From NCBI GenBank assembly GCA_900128395.1, contig LT649237.1, forward strand, positions 1-64,000: a stretch of 64,000 bases of DNA, read 5' to 3'. This document shows positions 21,897-33,052 of this stretch, piece after piece (position 1 is the first letter of the stretch; each line of letters opens with the position of its first letter). A program made the translations under genes and the position numbers. The DNA is from Stramenopiles sp. TOSAG23-2. Taxonomy: Eukaryota. Below the pieces are notes generated by a model. It was given only the letters and a program-made list of their open reading frames with translations. It made no database searches and was not told where the DNA came from.

Positions 21897-22296
21897 CTTC
21901 CTTTTTTTTTTTCTTTTTTAATGTTTAATATAATTTCTCCCTCTCTCTCTCTCTGTTATTATCTACTTAAACAAAATACACACACACACACACAAATACT
22001 ATATATATATATATATATATGAATCTATCTATGAATGTAACACAAACTATAATTCTCTGCAGTCAAACAAAATGTATCTATCGATGTTGTTGGTCTCCTC
22101 ATGCAACTAACTGTCTATATATAGTAATTCTATATAAAAAAGGTCTAATTTTTCGTGTTTCCAAGAATTCCTCCCTCCTTTTTCTTTTTAATTTTTTCTC
22201 CTCGCCTCTTTTGGTTGGTTTATACTTGATAGACTACGTAAAAAGAAATACTATCACCTTAAAACCTGAAAAATAATTGTCAAAACTGTACATTTA

Positions 22297-22430
22297 ACAC
22301 TATTCACTATGGAAAAAATATTCATCATTTTTTCTATATTTTCGGATATTTGCTACTTTTTACAATATATGAAAAATAAAATTGGCATTTTAGAAAACGA
22401 TATAAACATATTTCCCATAGTGTAGAGTGT
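22297..22430. mobile_element. Short MITE-like element, copy 1
   Basis: Imperfect terminal inverted repeats ACACTATTCACTATGGAAAAAATA / TATTTCCCATAGTGTAGAGTGT, flanked by TA on both sides. A second copy lies at 26066. Confidence 0.7.
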
Positions 22431-23322
22431 TATTTGCTAAGTGCACAGTTTTGGGACGGTTTAGTGGTAGCACTGCGTAGCGGAGGGGGGTAGAGTCGAA
22501 AAAAAAACGTAAGTAAAAAATCAATACTGTATCGGTTTAAATTTGGAAGTTTGATGGGCGACAATGCTGTGTGTCTTTTGCTTATCGCTTACTGTACATG
22601 TACCATTATTGAAAGACACATCACCGCCAAGAATCTCATGGTATAAGGAAGGCATGCATCTCCGTCCCAAACGTCGTCCTAATCCTAGACTAGCACACTA
22701 CTGAACAATAATACATATATTTTTAAAGCATTTCCAAAAGCTACAGTAAATGAAATAACACCACCAACGCACCAACAAAAAGCAATGGCGTTCAACAGCT
22801 CCAATTTTCTGAGCTACGGATCCTATATAATAATTTCAATAATCCTATTCCGATATTATTACAAATAATACATATGTACACTAGTTGTAGACTAGCTAGC
22901 AGCCATTATCTACCATTTGCCATTACACAAGATCTCGTCTCTCTTCACACGCATCATCTCCTCTCCTTTTCCCCCCATCACATTGTATATTGGAGTACCA
23001 TGGCCATAGCATGAACAACGTGTTAATATTAGGGTTTTAAATCATTGATAGGGTTTCTACTTCAAGAACTTCTACGAATAATCAGCAGTTTAAGTATAAA
23101 AAGAGTGGAGAGAGAATATCAATCACACACAAATCCATTTTCATTTTTTTTTGAATAAACAAAACACAAATAGAAACGGAAAATACAAATTGAATTGATA
23201 AAAAAAGATAGAGGAAAGTGTATTACGACCATACGAACGAACGTATAAACAAATTAATAACAACAAAAATTAACAGCAACAAAACAAACAAAAAAACTAA
23301 ATAACAACAAACAAATAATAAG

Positions 23323-23658
23323 ATGTCAGAAGAAAACCAAGAAGCACCAGTAACTACTACTGAAGAACAAGTAAAAACGGAAGAGACTAATAATACCGAA
23401 GGTGGTGAAACAACACAAGACAAAGCACCAGCATCCGCAGTAACAACTGCGAAAGATGGTGAAGAAGCTGAAAATGCAGCATTAGCAGTACAAAATAGGC
23501 TTCAATCGCAAGCACTTCCTATCCGTGCATATCTTGACCAAACTGTCGTACCATTGTTACTTCAAGGATTGTCTGCACTTGTGAAAGAAAGACCACCAAA
23601 TCCAATTGAATATTTAGCTAATTATTTGTTAAAAAACAACCCAACATCAGGTCAATAA
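23323..23658 (+). CDS. DPY30: Dpy-30 domain protein (COMPASS subunit DPY30/SDC1 or axonemal Dpy-30 family)
   Basis: [38 protein letters not shown] is the canonical Dpy-30 motif. Confidence 0.9.
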   Translation: MSEENQEAPVTTTEEQVKTEETNNTEGGETTQDKAPASAVTTAKDGEEAENAALAVQNRLQSQALPIRAYLDQTVVPLLLQGLSALVKERPPNPIEYLANYLLKNNPTSGQ

Positions 23659-24187
23659 AAATAATAGCGTGTAACAAAAAGAAAAGTAATCACACCAGAA
23701 TAATGCTTTGTGGTATATATATATATATATACATACATATATATGATGATATATTGTATACTTCTTGATATGGACTATGTAATGTGTGTGTAATATGTAT
23801 ATAATATATATATATATATGTTTTTATAAAGTAAGAAATGCAAGTATGATCCATATTGTTTCAAATATTTTTCTACCGAGTATAAAAAATCATTATGTAC
23901 ATGATAAATGTGATATATTACACATGTTCGTACACCACATTAATATCGGTTTTTAAAGGATCGTGATGTTACACTTCTCTTTTCGTGACACACCACACAT
24001 TATTTTTACAAGATTCATTCATATACTCTTTTACATATAATGTATTTTAAAATAATAATGTCATTTAATTTAATTCGTACGAAATTAAAAAAAGTTTTAC
24101 TCGAGAGAGATATCGCATGCCTTAGCATGAATATATTAACACCACAGCACACACCAAAGTTCTCCCTGACCACATCACACATTTTTT

Positions 24188-25549
24188 TTATGCCTCTTCG
24201 AAGAAACTATCAGGCACATTTGCACCAATCAATTTACTCAATACGAAATCTACCATTTCTTCAGCATCACGTTCTCCATCATATTCGTCTGGAACGACAT
24301 CTTTTACATTACCTGGCATATATGCAAATGTTGGAAACTTTTGAATATTAAAATCTTGACATAATTGTTCCTCCATGTCACAATCAACGGCGCCAAAAAC
24401 GGTACCTTTGAAATCAACATCCTTCCCTGCATTACCACCCGTTGATGCTAATGCAAATGTTGGTTTTACCTCGGTGCAATGTGTACACCATGGCGCATAA
24501 AACATTAAAAATAAACTTGATCGTGGATCACGTCTACTGCCAAAATTATCATTTGTAATTTTAACAACCTTACCAGAATTTTCTTTCGTTCCCCATGCTG
24601 GTAAATTTAAATTCATACTAGTAACATCTTCGTTACTACTCTTTTCTTTTGGCTTCGTCGGTCCCATTTTACTTGCTACGAATTTCGATAAGCGTGTAAC
24701 TGTAACTCTTCCTTCAAATTCAATACCAATTTTATTTTTATAAAACATAAATGTTGGATATCCATCTATTGCTTCTTCTTGACATAATGCTTTTTCAAGT
24801 TCACAATTTACAGCAATTGCTGATGGCAATGGTGAAAGTATCTCTGTTTGTTGTTGATTTTTTTTTAACAATTCATCCGCAAATGCTGAATAAATTGGTT
24901 GTGATAATTTTGACATTTCACACCATGGTGCATAAAACATAATCATTGCGCCATCTTCACGACTTCTTTTATTTTCTTCACCTGTCCATTCGTTGGTGTT
25001 GATATGTGTCACTGCGCCTTCAAATCCACCTTTTGGTAACATACTATCTTTTCCACGACTTGAAAATAGTCTACGAGGACTTGCAATGTTTTCTCCTCCT
25101 GCCGCCACCTCATTTTCTTGTAAATCTTGCTGTTGCCCCTCCTCCATTCTTTCCTCTTCTTCTTTCAATGAATCTAAATTAGCTTGTTTCATTCTCATAT
25201 CTTTTATATTTTGTAAATATGATACATAATCATCTTTACTTTTGCAGCCATTGCATACAATACCGAGTTCCTGTAATAGTCCTTTGACTTGGCCTAAGCG
25301 TAATGTTTTCAAATCTACATTTTGTATTGGATCATCCACACGTTCTGTAATTTGTGCTGATATAAACGTATCAAAATCCGTTAAAGTACGCGGTCCACCA
25401 TATGAAACAACTTCATCTAAACTATCTGAAAAATAATAAAAGGTTGGATATCCATCAATTTGATACTCATAACATAATCGTTGTTCTGCTTCACAATCTA
25501 TGCGTACATATATCCTCTCGTATATCTGCTCTTCTATTTCTTCACTCAA
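24188..25549 (-). CDS. Protein disulfide isomerase-like protein (three thioredoxin domains plus an ARMET/MANF-C-like SAP domain); 5' end incomplete
   Basis: FYAPWCTHC and FYAPWCEMS active-site regions, plus three copies of the (I/V)(D/N)C....LC....IxxxPTF motif. The ORF begins at TTG in mid-domain, just after an in-frame stop, so an upstream exon is missing. Confidence 0.8.
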   Translation of the reverse strand: MSEEIEEQIYERIYVRIDCEAEQRLCYEYQIDGYPTFYYFSDSLDEVVSYGGPRTLTDFDTFISAQITERVDDPIQNVDLKTLRLGQVKGLLQELGIVCNGCKSKDDYVSYLQNIKDMRMKQANLDSLKEEEERMEEGQQQDLQENEVAAGGENIASPRRLFSSRGKDSMLPKGGFEGAVTHINTNEWTGEENKRSREDGAMIMFYAPWCEMSKLSQPIYSAFADELLKKNQQQTEILSPLPSAIAVNCELEKALCQEEAIDGYPTFMFYKNKIGIEFEGRVTVTRLSKFVASKMGPTKPKEKSSNEDVTSMNLNLPAWGTKENSGKVVKITNDNFGSRRDPRSSLFLMFYAPWCTHCTEVKPTFALASTGGNAGKDVDFKGTVFGAVDCDMEEQLCQDFNIQKFPTFAYMPGNVKDVVPDEYDGERDAEEMVDFVLSKLIGANVPDSFFEEA

Positions 25550-26065
25550 TATTGTTTATTACTATGTTCTATTCATACATTTATAATTGTAAATACAAGA
25601 TGTGTACAAACCAGCAAATTGTAATAATAATAATAAAATTTATTCTCGATCGATCAAGTTGGTGCATTTTGGCATGCTGGGCATGTGGGATTGACCGGCT
25701 AGAATCTCATCAACGAACAAGCCAGCTGGGCCAGCCCAGCCAGCCCATCCTAATCCAGGCACACGCAGTCGCTAGTAGGTAAACCTATATCTGTATAGGA
25801 ATTGTTGACCTGAGCCCAAGTACAGTATTAGGTAAACTTATCTATAATAGGAATTTAAATTGTTGACCTGATGGATGGTACAGTAAGGTTTATACAAATA
25901 AGATGAAGTACTATTTATATAAATAAGTAGGTCGACAAATTAAAATCACACAAATCGATGAAAAACCTTAGAATGTAATAACTTTCATGCGTGCAAGATG
26001 CATGTTAGTATTATAGTATATGCTAATCTGATTTATAATAGCGTATTTACTCAGGGGATATATAT

Positions 26066-26197
26066 CACTATTCACTATGGGGGGAAATATTCAATCAATT
26101 TTTTCTATATTTTCGGATATTTGCTATTTTTTCCAAATATATGAAAAATAAAATTGGTATTTTAGAAAACGATATATTTCCCATACTCAATATAGCG
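26066..26197. mobile_element. Short MITE-like element, copy 2 (degenerate right TIR)
   Basis: Near-identical internal sequence to 22297-22430 (ctatattttcggatatttgcta...atatgaaaaataaaattgg.attttagaaaacgatata). Confidence 0.7.
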
Positions 26198-26530
26198 TTA
26201 ATTTGTTACCAAAATGACCAATGTAATTATTTTTTCTATAATAAAAAAAAAATGTAATGAATTTTTTCTATTATTTTTTTCTATTTTTTTTTATTTATTT
26301 ATTATTTTTTATATATTTATACTGAATTTATTATAGTAAAAAAAGGAATTTCTAAATTCAAAAAACATATGTTCAACATAACAGTAGATATACAAATCTC
26401 ATTCCTAATTTTCTTTTTTGTTTTTTGTTGTCAATCCCTTCATCATCCATAGATAGACATATATATCATTACTATTATTATTATTAATTTCTTAATTTCT
26501 TCTTTGTTTTTTTTTTTTTTTTACTGGAAA

Positions 26531-26830
26531 ATGGAAGAGGAATTAGCGAAACAAAAATATTTAGTAAAAAAATTAACAATAGAAAATGAAAATTTAAGAA
26601 AAAAAATTGGTGAATTAACTCGGTCATCTGAAAGTGAAGAAGAGTTTATTACTAACGCATTGTTAAAACGGATGAATAAAATGCGTGCCGAGCGTGCTCA
26701 ATTAGCAGTTGAAGTAGAGCAGGAAGAAGAACAAATGACGAATATGCTGATGAAACGTATTGCTGATCTTGAAAGTCAAGTCAAAAAATTGAATGAAAAA
26801 GTAGCAACTACAGAGGGACAATCTCAATAA
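26531..26830 (+). CDS. Short CCDC6-like (DUF2046-type) coiled-coil protein, 99 aa
   Basis: Two copies of the family repeat ExEEExxxNxLxKR (ESEEEFITNALLKRM; EQEEEQMTNMLMKRI). Confidence 0.7.
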   Translation: MEEELAKQKYLVKKLTIENENLRKKIGELTRSSESEEEFITNALLKRMNKMRAERAQLAVEVEQEEEQMTNMLMKRIADLESQVKKLNEKVATTEGQSQ

Positions 26831-27072
26831 ATTGGAATGTAAAAATAAGTGTGTGTTTGTGTGTGTGTAAATTAAAAAAATACACACTTCATCACAAAAC
26901 TCTCTTCTCGTGTAGAGATCGGTATGTGATAGTGTGTCTATATGTGTGTAAAATGTATATATAATTCTACGTAAATTAAAATTACGGTAGTAGGGTATAA
27001 AAAAATATTTAAATAAATATTAAGTATAAATATTTATAATATAATAAAAATATTTTTTTATCAACAAAAGAG

Positions 27073-27105
<33 letters not shown>

Positions 27106-27156
27106 TCTCTCTCTGTCAAATGTCTTTCTTCCCCCTCTCTCCTAAAAGAAAAATTT

Positions 27157-30100
27157 TTATGCCAATGAACTAGCAGCAAATTCTTTACATATTGCAACAA
27201 CTGCATCTGTACCAACAGATAAATCCCCAGACCATTGTGCATTAGTAGGTTTACCACCACCACGACCTCCAAATTTATCTTTTAATGCATTGCACCATTT
27301 AGATGCATCGATTTTTTCATGATGTGATTTACCAACACTACTAAAGCAACTAATATTATTTTTAGCAGTATTTACTGCTACAATCATATATGGTACATCG
27401 TGTATTTTTGTCATTGCAGTTAATACTTTTTTTGAAATTTTTCCATCTGCAGCAAAATCAAAGAAAAGTACACGGAATTTCTCACCAGATTCTTTTACTT
27501 CATTCGCAACTACATCCGCTTTTGCAAGTGCCTCTTTGCCAAGTTTAGCTGCTAAACCTTTTTTATATTTCACAACTTTTTTCGTAATTTTCTTTACATC
27601 CGTTCTAAATTGCATTTTTGCAGCTGCGGAGCAAACTATTTTGTCCAATTCTTGATTCATAGCTCTTTCCTCTGTTTCAAGATTTTCAACTGGCAATGCA
27701 TCGGCATCTTTAACACGTTGTGCAAATGCTGCACGTGTAGCGTCAGCTTCTTGCGCTAATTTACCAGTCAAACATTTCACACGTCGAATACCTTTTGCAA
27801 TGCCACTTTCCTCTACTAATACGAATTGTACAGATTCTTTTGTATTTCCCATATGTGTACCACCACAAAGCTCAACAGAATAATTCAACCATTCTGGATT
27901 CGTTGGATCGCTTAGCAATGTTTCCACTTTTTGCCCAACACTAACAACACGTACAGGGTCCGGGTACGTCTCTCCAAATACAGCTCTCAAAGTGGCAATG
28001 CTTTTTGCGCTTGCTAATGGTACAACTTTGCAATATACTTCCAATTGTTTTTTAATTTGATCATTGCAAATTTCTTCAACTTCAGCTAATTGTTCTTGCT
28101 TCAATGGTTTTTGACAATTGAAATCAAATCGTAATTTCTCTGAATCACATAACGAACCTTTTTGATCAACTTCTTTCTGTCCAGCTTTTCCTAATACAGC
28201 ACGTAAAGCAAGATTCAATACGTGTGTCATCGTATGATTTGGTAAAATTAATGATCGATATTCAGCATTCACTTGACCAGCAACATCTTCCTCCACGTTG
28301 AAGGTGCCTTCCGTAACTTCCCCACAATGGAGAACGTATGGGCCAAATCGATTTGCATGCGTCACGGCAAAATTGCCATTGCTTGCATTGGAAAATGCTC
28401 CTGTATCTGATACTTGACCACCTTGCTCTGCATAAAATGGTGTTTTATCAAGAACAAATCCATATTTATTACCTTTCGTAGCAACATCTACAAATTCAGT
28501 CCCGTTGAAAATAGCTTTGACTTTTAAACCATCAATTTTTCCAGAAACGTCACCGTATTTCAATGAATCATCTGTAGGTCCAACTTGTTTATCTTTTTCT
28601 AAAATACTAGTCTCTGCCGTTTCCAACACAATTTTTACTCCACCACTGCTACTTTTACCATCACCTTTTGATGCTTCTTGATGTGCTTTTTGAGCTTTCT
28701 CAAATGCTTGTTCATCTACGGTTAAGCCTTCCTCCTCTGCCATTAATCGTGTTAAATCTACTGGGAATCCTGCAGATTGGTACAATCTAGCAGCATCTTC
28801 ACCCGATACAACTTTACCACCTTTTGCTTTGACGTCTTTCACTATTGTTGACATCAATTTAGCACCTGTTACCCATGTCTTTAAAAATGCATCTTCTTCA
28901 TCTTTCATAATAGCCATGACATGTTCCATGTTGCCAGTTGCAGATAATTCTGGGAAAGCAGCACCATATGCTACAACAACTGTTTCAACCAATGCGCTGA
29001 AGAAACCATCAGGTAAATTTAAAAATTGTTTACCATAACGTACACCACGTCGTAAAATACGTCTTAAAACATAACCGCGGCCATTGTTACTTGGTTGAAT
29101 CTTATCCGTAATGCCAAACGTAAGCGTACGTATATGGTCAGAAATAACGCGATATGCCGTATCTGTACCATCCACATCATCAGCACCCATACGACCTCCA
29201 TATGGAATTGGCTCGGCACCTTTTTTGCCATTTTTCGTCCATTCTTTAATTCTTAAATCTAAAATTGCTTGAAAGATTGGTGCAAATACATCCGTATCAT
29301 AATTGGATGTTTTATTTTGTAAAACGGAAACAAGGCGTTCAAATCCCATGCCTGTGTCTACGTGTTTATCTGGTAATGGTGTCAATGATCTGTCTTCATG
29401 GCGAAAAAATTGCATGAAAACTAAATTCCAAATTTCCAATACATTTGGATCATCTTGATTGACTAAATCACGTGCATTACGTCCACCTATACGATCAAAA
29501 TGCAATTCACTGCATGGTCCACATGGGCCTGTATCACCCATTTCCCAAAAATTATCTTTCATATTTCCAGGTAAAATTTGATGTGGTTTTAAATATTTTC
29601 CCCACAATTCTTTTGCTTCCAAATCTGCTGGCATATTCAACGCTTCATTGCCTTCAAAATACGTTGCATACATGCGATCACCAGGCAAACCATAAACGTT
29701 TGTCAATAAATCCCATGCCCATGCAATTGCTTCTGCTTTGAAATAATCGCCAAAACTCCAGTTACCAAGCATTTCAAAGTATGTATGATGGTAATTATCT
29801 TTACCAACGTCTTCCAAATCATTGTGTTTGCCACCAGCACGGATGCATTTTTGACTATTTGCAGCGCGTTTCATCGTTTCAAATGGATGGTTTTGTGGTC
29901 TTTTACCTACAAAAATAGGTTTGTATTGTACCATACCACTATTAACAAAAAGTAAAGTTTGATCGCCACCAGGTGGTAACAATGGACATGCTCTCCAAAA
30001 CGTATGTTCACGTTTTTCTTTAAAATATTGAATAAACGTAGAGCGTACAACATCTGATGTCCAAAACCATGTCTTTGTGGTGAAATCGTCATCAGTAGTT

Positions 30101-30258
30101 TGATTGGTAGATTTACCATCAAATTTTTTCTTTAATTCATCAATTTGGGAAGATTGCTCCGCAGTTAATTTCAATAATTCTGCGTTTTTTAATACACTTT
30201 TATCTAATTCCACTTCTAGGTTTTTCAACCTAGGCATGATATCATCAATGGATGTCAT
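27157..30258 (-). CDS. AARS: Alanyl-tRNA synthetase (cytosolic type)
   Basis: TLLFVNSGM, RAANSQKCIRAGGKHNDL, HHTYFEMLGNWSFGDYFK, DNFWEMGDTGPCGPCSE, DTGMGFERL, editing-domain HTMTH and ELCGGTH, and C-Ala GGRGGGK. Confidence 0.99.
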   Translation of the reverse strand: MTSIDDIMPRLKNLEVELDKSVLKNAELLKLTAEQSSQIDELKKKFDGKSTNQTTDDDFTTKTWFWTSDVVRSTFIQYFKEKREHTFWRACPLLPPGGDQTLLFVNSGMVQYKPIFVGKRPQNHPFETMKRAANSQKCIRAGGKHNDLEDVGKDNYHHTYFEMLGNWSFGDYFKAEAIAWAWDLLTNVYGLPGDRMYATYFEGNEALNMPADLEAKELWGKYLKPHQILPGNMKDNFWEMGDTGPCGPCSELHFDRIGGRNARDLVNQDDPNVLEIWNLVFMQFFRHEDRSLTPLPDKHVDTGMGFERLVSVLQNKTSNYDTDVFAPIFQAILDLRIKEWTKNGKKGAEPIPYGGRMGADDVDGTDTAYRVISDHIRTLTFGITDKIQPSNNGRGYVLRRILRRGVRYGKQFLNLPDGFFSALVETVVVAYGAAFPELSATGNMEHVMAIMKDEEDAFLKTWVTGAKLMSTIVKDVKAKGGKVVSGEDAARLYQSAGFPVDLTRLMAEEEGLTVDEQAFEKAQKAHQEASKGDGKSSSGGVKIVLETAETSILEKDKQVGPTDDSLKYGDVSGKIDGLKVKAIFNGTEFVDVATKGNKYGFVLDKTPFYAEQGGQVSDTGAFSNASNGNFAVTHANRFGPYVLHCGEVTEGTFNVEEDVAGQVNAEYRSLILPNHTMTHVLNLALRAVLGKAGQKEVDQKGSLCDSEKLRFDFNCQKPLKQEQLAEVEEICNDQIKKQLEVYCKVVPLASAKSIATLRAVFGETYPDPVRVVSVGQKVETLLSDPTNPEWLNYSVELCGGTHMGNTKESVQFVLVEESGIAKGIRRVKCLTGKLAQEADATRAAFAQRVKDADALPVENLETEERAMNQELDKIVCSAAAKMQFRTDVKKITKKVVKYKKGLAAKLGKEALAKADVVANEVKESGEKFRVLFFDFAADGKISKKVLTAMTKIHDVPYMIVAVNTAKNNISCFSSVGKSHHEKIDASKWCNALKDKFGGRGGGKPTNAQWSGDLSVGTDAVVAICKEFAASSLA

Positions 30259-30994
30259 TGTTTTATTATTATTGTTCTTCTTCTTATTATTATTAACTGT
30301 TGATATATCAATCTAAATATATCAATCTAAATATATATATATATATATATCAATCTATTACGTATATACATGTTCTTCCTCCCCTTTCTTGATCACTTTA
30401 AATAATTAAAAAATGATTGATGGTCGGTATCTTTTTATTCATTTTTTTTATTAAGTTAGTAGGAGGAGGAGGAGTGTGAATTTTTTAATGGTGGTGCATG
30501 CGTTAGCATAGACATAGCATTACAACCCAAATTTTAGATTTTAGGGTTTAGAAATTTGAAGTTACCGAACTGACTATTTAGAGTGAGATAGGAATAATAA
30601 TATCCGATAATTTATAATTATTTATGAGTTTCATTCATTTATTTGATAATTATTTTTATATATAAAAATTCTTAAATGTTATTGATTTTTTTAAGGCGGC
30701 ATCATCGGCATCACATCGGCATCTTTTAAAGCCCTGCCTAAGGCGTGCTGCGCGGCGCTGTGCGCACGTGCGGCTTGTTCTTTAAAAATAATGTGACGAC
30801 AACAACCAGAAACCAGACAACACAAGCACACCAGCACACCACAAGGAAAAAATTTTTTTTTCTGCCAAAGAAGTGCCAAAAACTTTTTTAAAAAATTATA
30901 AGTATATATTATCGATATATATATATATATATTACTTCATTATTTATTGATATTATTTTCAATAGAAATCATATCATCCTTAGAATAAAATATA

Positions 30995-31855
30995 ATGGGT
31001 AATACATGTTGTCCACAACCTCGAAGTTATAATAAGAATAAAAACTCATATGATGCAATAAATGAAGCGGAAATAAATATGACACAAAAAGACAGGGCTT
31101 TAAAACATCGAAACATGTTCATTCGGCCTATGGGCAAAGGGACTGCAAGAGATTCTGTTCGCTTACTATCAAAGGTTGAGGTTGAAGGATTTAATAATGA
31201 AGAAATTAATACTGATGAAAATACTTTGTATAAGGTTGCAAGACAAGTTGCAAGTTTATTTAACAATGAAGAACAAGAGAAAGTAATTTCGGTTATCACT
31301 GACCTAAAGGAAAAACACGGTGTTTTAGATACGAAACAGCCAACTGCATTGCTTGATTTAATTGTACAATTTTTTGATAATTTAGGAAAAGACGAATCTT
31401 CAACTTGTCGTGTGTTCAAAATGTTTCACCAAAAGTTTGTTTTAGAAGCTGTGTGCGCACTTAAATTTCAAGGTGGTCTTCTAAACATTACCACACGTGA
31501 TTTCACATGGAATATATATATATCGAAAAGGAAGAAAACTCAAATAAATCAAACAAAAATTATTGTAAAACATATAAGGACAGAATATATAATAATAGAC
31601 AATGGCGGTAAAAATCCAGTAGGATCATTTAAAGGCAATAATGAAAACATACCGAAAATAACATACGAATTGGAATTTATTTTCGATAAAACTTTTTCAT
31701 CCATGTTAAAGGTAAAATTGTCAATAATCGAAGTAGATGACAAAGGAATGAACAATATAGATTTACCAAAAGATATTATAAAAATTAAAACTGATCTGTC
31801 GTTGAATCAACAACCTATAATCATATTTGAATCAACGACCAATATAGGAGAATAG
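30995..31855 (+). CDS. Hypothetical protein with predicted N-myristoylation/palmitoylation (MGNTCC)
   Basis: 286-aa ATG-initiated ORF with an MGxxCC dual-acylation pattern. No family recognised. Confidence 0.65.
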   Translation: MGNTCCPQPRSYNKNKNSYDAINEAEINMTQKDRALKHRNMFIRPMGKGTARDSVRLLSKVEVEGFNNEEINTDENTLYKVARQVASLFNNEEQEKVISVITDLKEKHGVLDTKQPTALLDLIVQFFDNLGKDESSTCRVFKMFHQKFVLEAVCALKFQGGLLNITTRDFTWNIYISKRKKTQINQTKIIVKHIRTEYIIIDNGGKNPVGSFKGNNENIPKITYELEFIFDKTFSSMLKVKLSIIEVDDKGMNNIDLPKDIIKIKTDLSLNQQPIIIFESTTNIGE

Positions 31856-32294
31856 ATTCTGCGTAAAATATTTTTAATATGTATCTAGACCACAGAGTAC
31901 AATATATCACTTAATATATATAAAAGTGCGCGTATTTTAATTTTTTATTCCTACCCATTTAATTTTTTCGTGAAGAGATGCATACCTGGTATTCTGGATA
32001 TCATGGACTGCATTCCTCTCTAGGTATTACATGTTTTTGTTGCACAAATAGGAAAATTTTTAGTATACGACAAAGTCTCAGATCCCGCACACAGTATTTT
32101 TTGTACTTGTTGTCTCAATATATAGTTGCTGTGAATACAGACAGTTGGAGGGGTGGTAAGTTGCACTGTCAAAAAATATTATAGAATGGTTTTTATGCTT
32201 TGTTCATTCAGTTTTGTAATACACGGAAAATAATTGTTGCGCAATAATTGTTGCATTTGACGTAGTATATACATACAATATAAATTAAAATATA

Positions 32295-33052
32295 TGACCC
32301 ACCGCTGTTAAGATCCGTACGATTTGGGAAAATACCTTAACATTAATAGGGGGTATCCCTTGATATTCCCGATATTTTCGTATACTAAGTACCTATTATT
32401 TAGTATAACATGTGTTTTACTCCCTTTTCCTGTACTCAAAGACCCAAGAAGATTACCAGCACCTATCCAATACTGTAAAAAATAATTTAAAAATTTCTTC
32501 TGCTAAATTTTTTACGTAAATTTTATTTTTGTCCAAAAAAATTTCAGGAGATGATTTTTAACATCCTAGGTTATGCAATAAAAGACAAGGCGAGACAAAA
32601 TGCAATCACACGAGCAATGAAAAAGTTTTGGGAAGTCACAAGAAAAAAATATTTTTTTTTTTGGAAATGGTGATCCATGCGCATCCATGTGAAATAAAAT
32701 TTTTTCCATTTTCAGTTTTTTCGACCTCACACTGCATAAACCGGGATAAGAGCTTTTCTATACTCGAACCTCAGGTTCAGACGACATCAGGAAGTGCCTT
32801 TAATTAGCAGAAGAAATTTTTTATTTCCATTTTACAGTGTCTACTAAATTTCCGTAGCCTTTATAGGGTCTTCAAGTACAGAAAAGGGGAGTATGGCACA
32901 TGTTGTACTAAAGAGTATACGTAAATATTACAAGTAAATACAATAAGGGTACTTAAATTTTGTATAAAATAATAGGAACGTCATACATAGGAAATTTCCT
33001 ATCATTTTGGTGTTTTTTCCAAAATCGTACGGATCTTATCAACAGTGGGTCA
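32295..33052. mobile_element. Non-autonomous long-TIR (foldback/MITE-like) DNA element, about 760 bp
   Basis: The left arm (about 32295-32507) and right arm (about 32803-33052) are inverted copies, e.g. TGACCCACCGCTGTTAAGATCCGTACGATTTGGG vs revcomp TGACCCACTGTTGATAAGATCCGTACGATTTTGG. TA-rich flanks, no ORF. Confidence 0.8.

Noticed and set aside
25776-25890. Direct repeats with spacers as a CRISPR-like array
   Set aside because: Only two imperfect copies, eukaryotic context and no cas genes.
30538-30552. tttagggtttag as a telomeric repeat
   Set aside because: Fewer than two full units; expected by chance.
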